Shown here piece by piece: positions 50,633 through 62,560 of a stretch of DNA of 64,000 bases (position 1 is the first letter of the stretch; every line of letters begins with the position of its first letter). The DNA comes from the human T2T-CHM13v2.0 reference genome, Homo sapiens. The notes below the pieces were generated by a model. That model saw nothing but the letters and a program-made list of their open reading frames with translations. It made no database searches and was not told the origin of the DNA. The position numbers and the translations under genes are program-made. The stretch is from NCBI RefSeq assembly GCF_009914755.1, contig NC_060947.1, one strand, 5' to 3'.

Positions 50633-52030
50633 GCAGTAACCAAAACAGCATGGTACTTGTACAAAAACAGACACATAGAGCAATGGAACAGAATAGAGAA
50701 CTCAGAAGTAAGGCCACACACCTGCAATCATCTGATCTTTGACAAACCTGACAAAAACAAACAATGCGGAAAGGATTTTCTATTTAATAAATGGTGCTGG
50801 GAGAACTGGCTAGCCATATGCAGAGAACTGAAACTGGACCCCTTCCTTATACCTTATACAAAAATCAACTCAAGATGGATTAAAGACTTAAATGTAAATC
50901 CCAAAACTATAAAAACTCTAGAAGAAAATCTAGGCAATACCATTCAGGAAATAGGCACAGGCAAAGATTTCATGATGAAGATGACAAAAGCAATTGCAAC
51001 AAAAGCAAAAATTGACAAATGACATCTAATTAAAGAGCTTCTGCACAGAAAAAGAAACTATCATCAGAGTGAATAGACAGCCTACAGAATAAGATAAAAT
51101 TTTTTCACTCTGTCCATCCTACAAAGGTCTAATATCTAGAGTCTACAAGGAACTTAAACAAATTTACAAGAAAAAAACAAAGTAAGCAAAGGACATGAAT
51201 GGACACTTCTCAAAAGAAGACATACATGCAGCCAACAAACATATGAAAAAAAGCTCAACATCACTGATCAAGAGAGAAATGCATATTAAAACCATAATGA
51301 GATATCATCTCATGCCAGTCAGAATGGCAACTATTAAACAGTCAAAGAACAACAGATGCTGGCGAGGTTGTAGAGAAAAAGGAAGACTTTTACACTGTTG
51401 GTAGGAGTGTAAATTAGTTCAACCATCGTGGAAGACAGTGTGGCAATTCCTCAAAGATCTAGAGGCAGAAATACCATTTGAGTCAGCAATTCCATTACTG
51501 GGTATATAACCAAAGGAATATAAATAATTCTGTTATAAAGATACATGCACACTTATGTTCATTGCAGCACTATTCACAATAGCAAAGACATGGAATCAAC
51601 CCAAATGCCCATCAATGATAGACTGGATAAAGAAAATGTGGTGCATATACACCATGGAATACTATGCAGCCATAAAAAGGAATGAGATCATGTCCTTTGC
51701 AGGGACATGGATGGAGCTGGAAGCCATTATCCTCAGCAAACTAATTCAGGAACAGAAAACCAAACACTGCATGTTCTCGCTTATACATGCTAACTGAATG
51801 ATGAGAACACATGGACACATTATGGGGGAACGACACACACTGGGGCCTGTTGGGGAGGTGGGGGGATGGAGAGCATCAAGAAGAATAGCTAATGCATGCT
51901 GGGCTTAATACCTAGGTGATGGGTTGATCTGTGTAGCAAACCATCACGGCACATGTTTACCTATGTAACAAATCTGCACATCCTGCACATGTACCCCTGA
52001 ACTTCAAATAAAAGTTAAAGATTAAAAAGA
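50633..52030 (+). mobile_element. 5'-truncated L1PA (about PA10-PA13)
   Basis: ORF2 3' part with stops; 3'UTR gaatagctaatgcatgctgggcttaatacctaggtgatggg; TSD tatg(g/a)catttt 50621-50631 / 52033-52043. Confidence 0.93.
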
Positions 52031-54699
52031 AGTATGACATTTTATTTTCTTATATCTTTCATCTAACTTCAAAAAAAGTAAAAAATAATTAAAGCTTACC
52101 CTCCTTAAAATAGAAAAACGTTCAAATGGACACATACAGTTGCATGTGTGTGTGTATGTGTGCGTGTGTATAATACATATATAATATATATAAATAAAAT
52201 GTACATAGAAATGTATATAAATATGAACAGTGTTGCTTTATCATTGATAGTGACCCCAGTAAATAAAACAAGAACTGGTTGTACTAACACCAATACATGG
52301 AAATAATCTACTAGAACTACACAAGCCATGAAATGGTCTTGGAAGCGACAATACAGATTAATTCTTTTATTTTGGAATATAGCAATATGCACATTTCATT
52401 GGACTCATTAGTATTATGTATTTAAATTTAAATTTAACATTGATCAATAGCAATAAATTATATACAACACACACACATATACACAACATATTATTTTATT
52501 CACAGAAGGCAGGTCATTTATAAATAAACTTTTGCATAGTCTAAAACTCATATATTGATTTATGCTACCAAAATACAGCCTGGGTAAGCAGAGAAACAAA
52601 TAAACCAAATAGACAAATATATATAAAATAGGCTGTTTTAGAGATAACACAGGACAGATTTTATTAACTAATTTATGACTTACAGTCTGTTGGCAGAAGC
52701 CTTCCTTCTCCCTAATTTCAGTCTTTCTGAACAGGAAAAACAGACCAGAAGGCTTGATGGTGTGCAAAGCTCACATCTTTATCTCTGCAAGAGCTTTATT
52801 TGGGGGTCTGGAAACAGAAATTCTCACCATTTTTCATTGATTGTAATGTTTGATATGTTTTCTCTTTGCTGGGACCTTCACTCTGGATCATTCTGCCAGG
52901 TTCCTTCATTATCTTCAAACTATTGGCAAATGATTTATTGGCAGTAACTATATTCATGGACAAGGTGAACTCATTTTCTGGCTTGACACTGTAGCCCTCC
53001 CTTCCTTCTATTGCACTGTGACTCCAAAAACACCCAGGCTTGCAGCAATTACTACTGCACATACTAATCAGAAGTTTCTATGAAGTGCTCCTGCTTTGAA
53101 CTCAGCAAAGCCACAGCCAAGTGGGTCCTTATGAAATGAAAATGGCAGTCCCTTTGGGACATACTATTCCGATTTAAAATGGACTTTTAAAAAATTGCAC
53201 TTCTGTCTTGAAATCCATTTGTGCTAACATGGGTCATGTAGAGGAAAAATTACGAAGGCAGGGAAAGTAGTGGAAAGAGAAAGGTCTTTACATGGCTAGG
53301 ACTTTTTTTTTTCAGATAACAGCTTCCACTCCACTTCCATCCTCATCCCTCCCATACACCCAAATCCCAATCTGGGTGCATACAGTAAAATCTTAAATAT
53401 GCACACTGAGAAGCAAGTGCAATCTAGTTATCTGAAAGTTCATACAAACGCTTCTCAATCTTCCACCCAAACATTACACAAGTGAAATGACAAAATGGGT
53501 TGCCTCCCACTCTCTCCCACACGTTTTTCTATAGGAACATAAGTGTTTAGATAACTGAATAGGATCTTGATGGGAAATTTAAGCTTCTTAAGAATTCAGT
53601 GAAAGATAAATGTGGTTTTATTAATACATACATACGCCCAAACCGTAGACATACAGTTCAGTTCTAAAATAAAGAGACTTACATAATGTGTGCCAAGAAC
53701 AAAGGGAAAGACAAGGAACAAGGCAAGAAGATATAAATTTTGGTAATGACTTAGATCCTATAATGCAACACCTGCACAAAGGGAAGCTAATACCTTGATT
53801 CCACAAGGTTTAACCTCCTCCTCCCCCTCACCTGCCCATTCCAAGGTTTTCCTAACCCTATGGCTGCAGCTTTCACTGCCTAATGACTCCCCTTAATGGG
53901 AGAATATTTGGAAGCCAGAAAGGAATTCGCTGAGGTCACTCAAGGGTAGTGGAATTACACATGTCATATAAAATGCTCTTGCTAAATTGATGCTAGAAAA
54001 ACGGAATGGCAAAACCTTCACCCAAACCCTACTGGGAACGTGAAGTTAATGGAGTGTGCTCATCTGTTAGTGCAAACTCTCGGGTTACAATTTTCTAAAT
54101 CCTATAGTCCTCTTAGAAATGATAAGGGATCTCAGCTGAGAAAAGCAATGTAGCTTATTCCTATTTGGGATCCCTTAATCCAGGTTGAGGGGAGGGGGTA
54201 AGGGGGTTGGAATGAAATAGAAAGAATTCGCCAGACAACTGAAGTTAATAGCTGTCCTGTACATTATCAACAAGGAGAAAACTTCACTTAGGTAAACTTA
54301 CAGAGATCTTGGCTGTCAAGACCCTCATATCCCACCCCAGGAAGTTATTGAAAATAGCTCTTCTCCCTCCAGGCTTTACTGCTGATGAATTTGTGGGTTA
54401 TAATGGTAACTCACATGTAGGGCATTTGACCATGTATGAAGTGATTTTCATTCACGTAGACCTCATTTGATTGTTCCAAAAATTCTTGAGGTGAGTGTTT
54501 ATGACCTAATTTTTAAAGATGGGGAAGATGAGATTCAGAGAAACTTAGCATCACACAGCTACTAAATGGATGAGCTAAGACTTGAACCCACACCATGACT
54601 TTCCACCTCAAAGCTCATGCATTTTTCCACTCAATCAGGTTACTCCCTTCCACCAAACCAGGCCAACTTTCATTGTCCCCTACACCACTATCCTTCTAG

Positions 54700-55410
54700 A
54701 TATGTGAATCAAATTCCTGAGAGTCTGTTTTTACACCTAGTCCCTCATGATCTCCCTTGCCCCATGCATCATCCACTCCTTTCGATTTCACCTCTCTAAA
54801 ATAGAAATGAAATCCATCCACTTCTCTTCATCTCTACCACCACGATATTAGTACAAGCAGATATTATTTTTGCTTTCCAAGGCTCCTGTTTGGTTCACCT
54901 ACGTTGACTCTGATGGCCCTCCAATCTGCTCTACTATTTTGATGCAAAAGTAATCATGGTTTTTGTAATTACTTTTAACTGCAAAAACCGCGATTACTTT
55001 TGCAACAACCTAATATTTTCCAGGTTGCTGCCAATGTGAACTTTTCAAAAGACCAATGTCATCCCTTGCTGAAAACTCCCTCATAGAGTCTGGCCATTTC
55101 CTACCCCTGAAAACACACTGCCTCAAGTCCTTTCTGTCCAGCTCTCAGCTCAAGCAATCCTTTCTCAGGGAAATTTTCTCTGCCTTTCTCTGTAGCAGAT
55201 CAGCTACATCCTCTTAGTACAATCACATGGCAACATATACCTCCATTTTATAGCTTTTATTCCAGGTGAACCTTTACTCATGTCTGTGTGATATTTCATC
55301 AATGTTTGTCTCCTACACTTGACTGTTATTTACTTGAATGCAGGTTCCACTTTAGCCTTAGCACACAGGATGATGCCTGGTTCAGAGAAAGCATTTGACA
55401 AATATTATTG
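54700..55410 (+). mobile_element. L2 3' fragments, preceded by an antisense MIR at ~54405-54630
   Basis: aaatccatccacttctcttcatctctaccacc...cttagcacacaggatgatgcctgg...aaatattattgaacaaatg. Confidence 0.65.
54935..55013. mobile_element. MADE1 (Hsmar1-derived palindromic MITE)
   Basis: tgcaaaagtaatcatggtttttg...caaaaaccgcgattacttttgcaacaacctaa, ~80-bp inverted repeat. Confidence 0.92.
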
Positions 55411-56001
55411 AACAAATGTAAAGCTTCTCTTTCTTCTTTTTCTCTTTTTCCTGCCCTCTCTCCATTCCTCTACTCTCATCCTTATCCCTTTCCTTGTCCC
55501 ATCTTCATGGGACTTTGCTCTCTTACTTAGTCTTAATTGGAAAGAAATCCATGACAAAGCAGTAAATATGGCAACTACAAATGTTGTTCTCCCTAAAGTC
55601 ATTTGATTTCAACTAGGAGACTCTTGATGCCTTAAAAGACAACAAAATCATTCTCTAATGCTGATGTTTTAGTCATTCTCATGAGATGGGGAAGATACAC
55701 CCTATTTCATGAGTTCTCTGGGGAAATTCTTTCCCAGTTTAACCCAGCCGATATTGGGAGGTATCTTACATTTGTTGCTGCTCAGGCTGCAGTTGTGATA
55801 TAATTGTCAATGCCTGCCCATGAACTCTCTTGATCATAGTAGTTCTTACTGTTGTCAGTTCATTTGAGCTACAGGCATTATTTTAAAACAAGCCTTGCCT
55901 GTTAGGAGAAGAGAAGTTGCACACCTGGTAAAACCACTCAAAGAAAAAGGAAGGAGGAAAGATTCCTGCTCCCCCCGTCCCCCCCACCCCGCCCACCAGC
56001 C

Positions 56002-56038
56002 AGAGAGAGAGAGAGAGAGAGAGAGATTGAGAGAGAGA
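56002..56038. repeat. (GA)n microsatellite
   Basis: agagagagagagagagagagagaga-tt-gagagagaga. Confidence 0.95.
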
Positions 56039-57130
56039 TCCTCTCAAGGCTCAGGTGGTACTGGGGCAGAAAGTTGTCCGGACAGATACCCAGGAGACTA
56101 TGGACCCCACCAAGCGCGCTGGTTCTTAATGCATTTGTAGGCATATGTTTAAAGTGTTAAATAATTAGCTCACTGAGATGTGTAGTGACTTGATGGGCAT
56201 TCCTTGGGTTATGAATGGACAACTGCATTCTCTTGTAGGCCCATTTGTGGAAAGAATATAGTCTTGATCATCACCTTCTAGTAGAAATGCAGAGAAAGAA
56301 GCTCTTTATTTAAAAATGCTGCATTTTGGCCCAAAGTATGTCGGCACGGTGCAGAAAAGCACAGATACAACGACTCAGTTGAAAAGTTAAGGCTTCTTAA
56401 AAGTTTATCTCACCTATATCTTCCATTTTATTTATGCACAGGGGGAGACATATGATTTTTAAATAATCAGTCTAAATAATAGTCAGCCAATAACTCTCTG
56501 TTAGAGAGTTATTTCTATCTAAAAGAGAATAACTCTCTGTTAGAGAGTTATTTCAATAAATTTAGCATAAAATATTTAAATGCTAAGAAAACATTGTGTT
56601 ATAGATTAATTGGAAGAATTTTTTCTTTCTTAGCGTTGAATCTTATAATCGATCATATATGAGATTCAATAAAAATAAGTCAGAAGTAGGGAGCCATTTG
56701 ATCTACGCTTTGATAAAGCTGCCCTGCTTCCTCATTACACAAACACCATATGGCCCCCACTTGCCTTAGCAAAGAGTGAACTCTTGCCAAGATATGTTAG
56801 CGCATGGGATACATTCTCTCCACATCTTGGACGCCACATCAGATTAAATGTTACATTCTGCTGGGGTAGGGTGTTGGTGGATGGGGAATTAGAGAAAGAG
56901 ACTGGGGTCTGAGGGTAATCTAGGGGGGCAAGTGGCTTTTACCAATGAATTTGCTAGCCCAGCTCCTCCCGCCATTGCTGGTGAAAAAGATTTCAAGCTG
57001 TTAAATTAATAAGTATGAAGTGAGTATTTTTTTGCTTTATAAAATACGGTACTTTTGAGAAAACACCTTAAAAGGGGGAAATCTACATTGAGAAGACGTA
57101 GATTGCTAGAGAAGAAAGAAGTCTTTAGAG

Positions 57131-57290
57131 CAAGGGTGTCAAACACAAAAACCTACAAGGGACAAACAGGTAACACCAATAAACAGAGGACATGGTGTAA
57201 GACATTAGAAGGTATATCATGCTTCACTGAAACACAAATTTTAAATCATTGAGTGGGCAAAATTACATAAGGGCCACCAGTGTGCATCTG
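57131..57290 (+). mobile_element. MER103C-like hAT fragment
   Basis: caagggtgtcaaacacaaaaacctacaagggacaaacaggtaaca...gggccaccagtgtg. Confidence 0.55.
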
Positions 57291-59744
57291 CTTCTACTTC
57301 TTCAACCCCTGAATTGTTTACTTGACGATGTGCCTAACTTATCCCCACCCATTTCAGATCCAGCCAATATTTACTGATTGGCCTCATGCCCAGCATTGTG
57401 CCAGGTACGTTCACAGACATGACCATTTTCAATACTCATAACCGTCCAATGAAGTGTGTATTTATGTCTCCATCGATAGATGAGGAAATTGAATCCCTGA
57501 GAAGTTTAAAATGTCTTGGCCAAACCCACCATTCATTGCTCTGGAAGAAACTTGGGAAACACTACCATTCTTTTGTTTCTTAACATTGAGCCAAGGATAT
57601 CAGTTCGAGTAAACTTGTTATCTGTTCTCTGGTAGTTTATATGCTGTTTTGTTCCCCCAAGGCAATACATGATGAGTGTGTCAGTACAGATATAAATAAC
57701 TGCACAATTAGATACTCAGGGGGAGAAATAATTTTGGTTAAAATAATCAAGGCCTCTGTTGCAGAACAATAGCTATAAATAATTCAGCCTTTTCTGGCTC
57801 AGGCTCTTTGACCAAAATTCCAATTCTGTCACGTGTTAAAACTCAAACTGTCAATTTGAGGAGGCTCTGCTTAATTTCATTTTTGTCTCAAGTTTAGACA
57901 AGTGAAGAGCAACTCACAAGAGAGTGTGAGTATACTCAACTCACACACAGTTAGAACCATTCTTTATGCAGCTTCAGCTATTATGTACCATGCATTTCTG
58001 AAAATGCTATATTCCCCAAAGCACAGCAATCCATTTTTATTTTCTTTTAAAATAAAAATAACATTAAATGAACCATTGACATTAATATTTATAGTAACTC
58101 AATGTCTTTGAAAGGTTCATTCACAGAAGATTCCCTTATATGTGATTGCAAGCAATTAATTTAAAAACGGAAATGTACTTTTACATTTAACTAGAAGTCA
58201 TAGTCCTGACTATCACCTCACCAGCTAACCTTTCCTCAAATATAAATATATTTTAAATTGGTTTTACTAATGCCCTAGGTACTTGGAAAATCCTACTGGT
58301 GCAAACTCATTATTAATTCATAGTCCCCAATTCTAAGCCTTACAGGTATGACCTTAGAAGTAATGGCAGCTGCTCTTGCCTACTTTATAAGAATTGTTAC
58401 CGAAACTTGTACGCTAATAATTTCCAGTGATTACAAGCCATTATAAAAGCTCTCAAGTTACCTAGTACTATGGAAATAGCTCTTCTCCATGTGGCACCCC
58501 AGGAATACTTGACAACCCCAAAGAGAGTGGTTTTGAAAATTACATTAACAAAATATAAACTGGCATCATCCAACTCTCAGTTATTTATAGATGCTCTGCA
58601 GGGAGAATCAAGTGGTCCTTCCTCTATAAGCACACCAAGTTTATTGGCATCTACCTGGCATTATCTGACATGGAGATCATCTGGTCAGTGAAAGCATGAA
58701 TATCTTGACGTATCAGTTACTTGTTCATTGCCCACCAGTGTTTTGTGGCCACCAGTTGGGAAGCTCTGATTTAGAGAACGATTAGCAAAAGAGTGAGTGA
58801 TCAAGTAAGTTTGCAGCAAATCATGTTTCACATCTTGCACCATTCAGGTAATGAGATTTCTCTTTGCAGAAATGCTATCCATTGCATGAAGACTTGGTTT
58901 AAATTCATCTGTCTCTTATATACCCATTTTTCCTCCAGAGTACTTAGCATAGGACTTCAAAAGGCACTCAATAAATATTTGCTGAATGAATGTAACAGGA
59001 ATTAATAATGCAAAAAATGTTTTTGAAAGATAATCGATGTCAAATGGTAGGCAGAGGAAGCCAGAGAAAGTTCACCAGTGATAGAAATGCTGTGTACAAA
59101 TTTGGTACAGTGCCCAAGAAAAGGATTTGAATTTAACAAATAACCTTTAAAGCCAGGTTCTTTTATGTCCATCGCCCCTGGACTAAGCCATATTAGTGGT
59201 GGGAGAATCCCAGCCAAACAAACCCTGATAGCAGTTTGAGAAAGGGAAGTATAAGCAATAACCAAATGTTAGAAAGGATTCCATGAAGCACTTTGCCATC
59301 AGTTGTTCAGGAAACTTCTAAGAATAGAATAGCACACACACATACACACATTATAGAACACATCATTAAATTCTTTATAAAATAAAGAGGACAAACTGGA
59401 TAACATGTAGAGGGCCTTAACACTCTCATGATTGCATGAGCCCCCAGGCCCAAGTTAATACAGTGTTGGGGTATTTTGACTGGTTTGATCAATATTCTGG
59501 GCCTAGATTGTCAAAGGCAGTTTCCTAACTTTAGCACATCATGACAGAGAAATTGATGCAATCTGCACCATATATGGAGGTAAACTGATGAAGCTATGTG
59601 ATCCAGAAATAACCTTCCAGGGATCAGCTCAGGCCAGCCACAGCCTGATGGCCCATGTGCCAAGAGGGGTTAACAGCTGGGTATGTCTGCAACCCACTCA
59701 TCATTTACCAGTGCTCTGAGGTCCATCCATTGAGAAGCTTTGTT

Positions 59745-59955
59745 TTAAAGAATGTTTCTCAAAATGATCAGCCTAGAAATGAGCCATCAAGTAAGTTTGC
59801 AGCAAACCATACTTCATATGGTGCACACTATACTTCTCTCAGGGAGTCAAAACACGTATTAATAAATGAACATATTAAGGCTCTGAGAAGACCTATTTCC
59901 CATTGTTTGTTTGTTTTTGTCCAGTATTTTCCAACCTCTTTTAACCAGGGCACCT
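59745..59955. mobile_element. MER112-like hAT fragment
   Basis: atcaagtaagtttg...catattaaggctctgagaagacc...ccagtattttccaacctcttttaacca. Confidence 0.55.
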
Positions 59956-62083
59956 ACTAACATCTTGCAGATCTACGGAGGCTGCCGATTGGTTAAACCC
60001 TCCATGCAAGCACGCAGTACTGTGACTTGAAAAGGGTCAATGCAACAATATAGGTCCTAACTGTCTTTAATTGGAGGATTAGTTCAGACACTGGAAAAAC
60101 TTTAATCTTTAAGAAGGAATCCTCCTGGAACTTTGTTAATACTAAAGTGTTAAATACCATAAACAATATTATTACCCCCAAACAGGCTGCTGAGGAGCCG
60201 GGGATGAGTAGATTCTAGCCGTGAGACTCCCAGTAATCTGCAGTAATTCATATGCCACTGGCAAGGATAATTCTAAACATGAGATCCAAAAACCCTATGC
60301 ATACACCGCCCCCTTGCCCTCCTTACCCCAGGAGACTTATCTGTCTTTCTGGTTATATATTCCCTTGGCTGTTAGTGTAATTAGTGTATAATAACTATGT
60401 ACATATCAACTCACAGGAAAAACGGCAGACGTGCTGGCTGATTTGGCTTGGGGCCATCTCATCAGCAGGGTGAGAAAACCTGGTATTAAACCATCTGTTA
60501 TTAACTGTATATTCTAAAACAGTGTTTTGTGTCTCCTGGGTTGCTGACTCCCATCGACAGCAACAGAATGTCAAGACTCATATTTTTCTGAGCAGCACTG
60601 AAAAGATAAACTTTAAAACATTTGCATTGTCCCTTCTGTTCTGCGGCTTGTGCTATTAAGAATTTTATTTACTAAAGTGTCTATTGTATTATACACGGTG
60701 CTTTTCTATGTTTCATTCTCACAGAGGTGAACAAGTTTCATTTAAACTGTGTCCTTGCGAAAGTTATGCTTTCTAGAGTCAAAGATCCTAGAGAAAATTG
60801 GCCATAGCTTTTGTCCTTATGACTAGGCAGTTGCCAATGCCTGTTTGAAATCAATAGTCTCACTAGGGAATGGACTATGACTTGCATTTTTTAAAAACGT
60901 GGTCATTTTCTCAAATCTCCTTGTTTGCACTGATTACTTTTCTTTAAATTAACTTAAGCAATTAATTTCATAATATCAGAAATCTGAAATTGAGTCTTTG
61001 TGCCACTTGTTGCAGTCAGTAGCACAAACCTGCTCCCAAAACTCAGGATAAAGTCTGTATATGACAGAAAACAACAGTATTCCTTTGAAAGACGAGCAGT
61101 CAAATCATTCAACACAATTATCCAAGTTAATTCAACTCAAAAAACCACATCACCATGAAAAAATAAAAATAAATTTTTTTACCTGATTCCAAATCACTTT
61201 TGACAGCTATAAAAAATTGACTTTCTTTGCAAAAGTTTTACCTATGCCCCAGAACTCAGCTGAAACATTTTTTTTCCTTTCCCAGTTGTCTCTTACAATT
61301 GGCTGTTCCCAAGTATAATTAAAATTTCCCTGCAAGTCTGTTAAACACTTTCACATTTCCATGTTTAATTACATTCAGATTGAGATTTTTGTACACATAT
61401 AGAATATAGCCAGATTTTAACTCAATTGACCACAATACCTTTGACATAAAGCCTTTATTCACCGTTCTCGCCATATATATAAATAGACATACGCTCCTTG
61501 TCAAAACGCAAGAGCGAGTTTCTTTACATTGTCTAGAACAAAGAGGCCAGCTCGGCTTCTATTTTTCCTCAGTGTCTCAGAAGGTGTCCTTTATTACATA
61601 TGCAGGATGCAAGGATTTTGCTGCTGCGTGAATGAAAAATGATACCTTCAGACTGCCTTTTTAGTGACAAATTACGCTTTTGCAGAATATCACACTGCCT
61701 GTGGTTTTAAAAACCCCATTTAGATTTACTATCACTTCCTTGGGGACTCAGCCTTCCTCACAAAGCACCCCAAGGCTAATTTCCACTGTTTTAGAGTGTA
61801 ACAAAGATGAGAAAGTTTGCTCATCACGACAGTATAGAAACGCTTGCCTAGGAAAAACACTCTCTGGAATGTCTAAAGTGCTAAAAATCATTGCCTCTGT
61901 GGATTTTCGGTGTGCAAAACAGGCAGAAAAAGTTGTCTGGAGGTATTCGCAAAGCATTGTATTTGTTCAGGAAGGAGCTGTGGGGTTAGAGGCTGAGCAA
62001 CGCCTCTTACTTTGCTTCCTGGGTGAGAGCAGACAGGCGTGCCACTTAGCAGAAGCAAGCAGAGAGAGAGTGGTAAGACTCAC

Positions 62084-62317
62084 CAGCTTCCCCATTTTTC
62101 CCAGGATGGGGGTTTTTGTTCCTCAGTTCTGATCTGGAAGAGACAAACCTGTAGGTCCTTCAAGCAGGCTGGGCTGGGGCAAGTGCCGGCTCTTTGCCTC
62201 GGATCAGCTGAATGGCTGGGGCGTTCAGGAAGCTTGCTCTGTCCAGCTCGGAATCACTCCCCCTCTCCAGGGTGTGTGCTTACACGCCTCTCAGTCAGCG
62301 CAAAAATCCGCCAAACT
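62084..62317 (-). other. Candidate first exon (5'UTR or lncRNA) ending ...AAAATGGGGAAGCTG|GTGAGT
   Basis: Consensus 5' splice site (actcac at 62078-62083 on +); GC and CpG content locally raised; repeat-free. Confidence 0.45.
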
Positions 62318-62560
62318 CAGGTCAGCCTAACAGGTTTCCTTATATAGGTAAACATGAATTGCATTCCTGGTGAAAGAAGTTAACTAGGAATCCTGGTAAC
62401 CTGGTTAACTCTATACACACCAGAATGGCTCAGAGTTGATCAGCCTGCGTAGGGGTTTGGTTGCAGTACAAAGGGATTTGTGCAATTTAATTAAAATCAT
62501 CTTTATCCTGGCAGTCTGTAAAATTGGCCCTTGTAGTGTGACTGTGAGTCAACAGTTAGT
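62317..62560 (-). promoter_or_regulatory. Candidate TATA-box promoter of a minus-strand transcript
   Basis: Minus-strand TATATAA at 62346-62340; Inr-like TGAGTTT with A at 62317 (29 nt downstream); FOX GTAAACA 62348-62354, TEAD CATTCC 62362-62367, CCAAT (minus) 62523-62527, AP-1 TGAGTCA 62545-62551. Confidence 0.5.

Noticed and set aside
50519-51797. 167-aa and smaller ORFs with a hydrophobic N-terminus
   Set aside because: T-rich flank read into a decayed L1 ORF2 with multiple stops
56489-56554. CRISPR array
   Set aside because: Only two units, a 12-bp spacer, no leader or cas genes, and primate DNA; kept only as a structural oddity
61450-62330. CpG island
   Set aside because: CpGs are only modestly enriched (about 9 in 61960-62320), below island density
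61680-62347. 150-aa and 102-aa + strand ORFs in unique sequence
   Set aside because: Non-ATG starts (TTG/GTG), no recognisable domain; splice and promoter signals favour the minus strand
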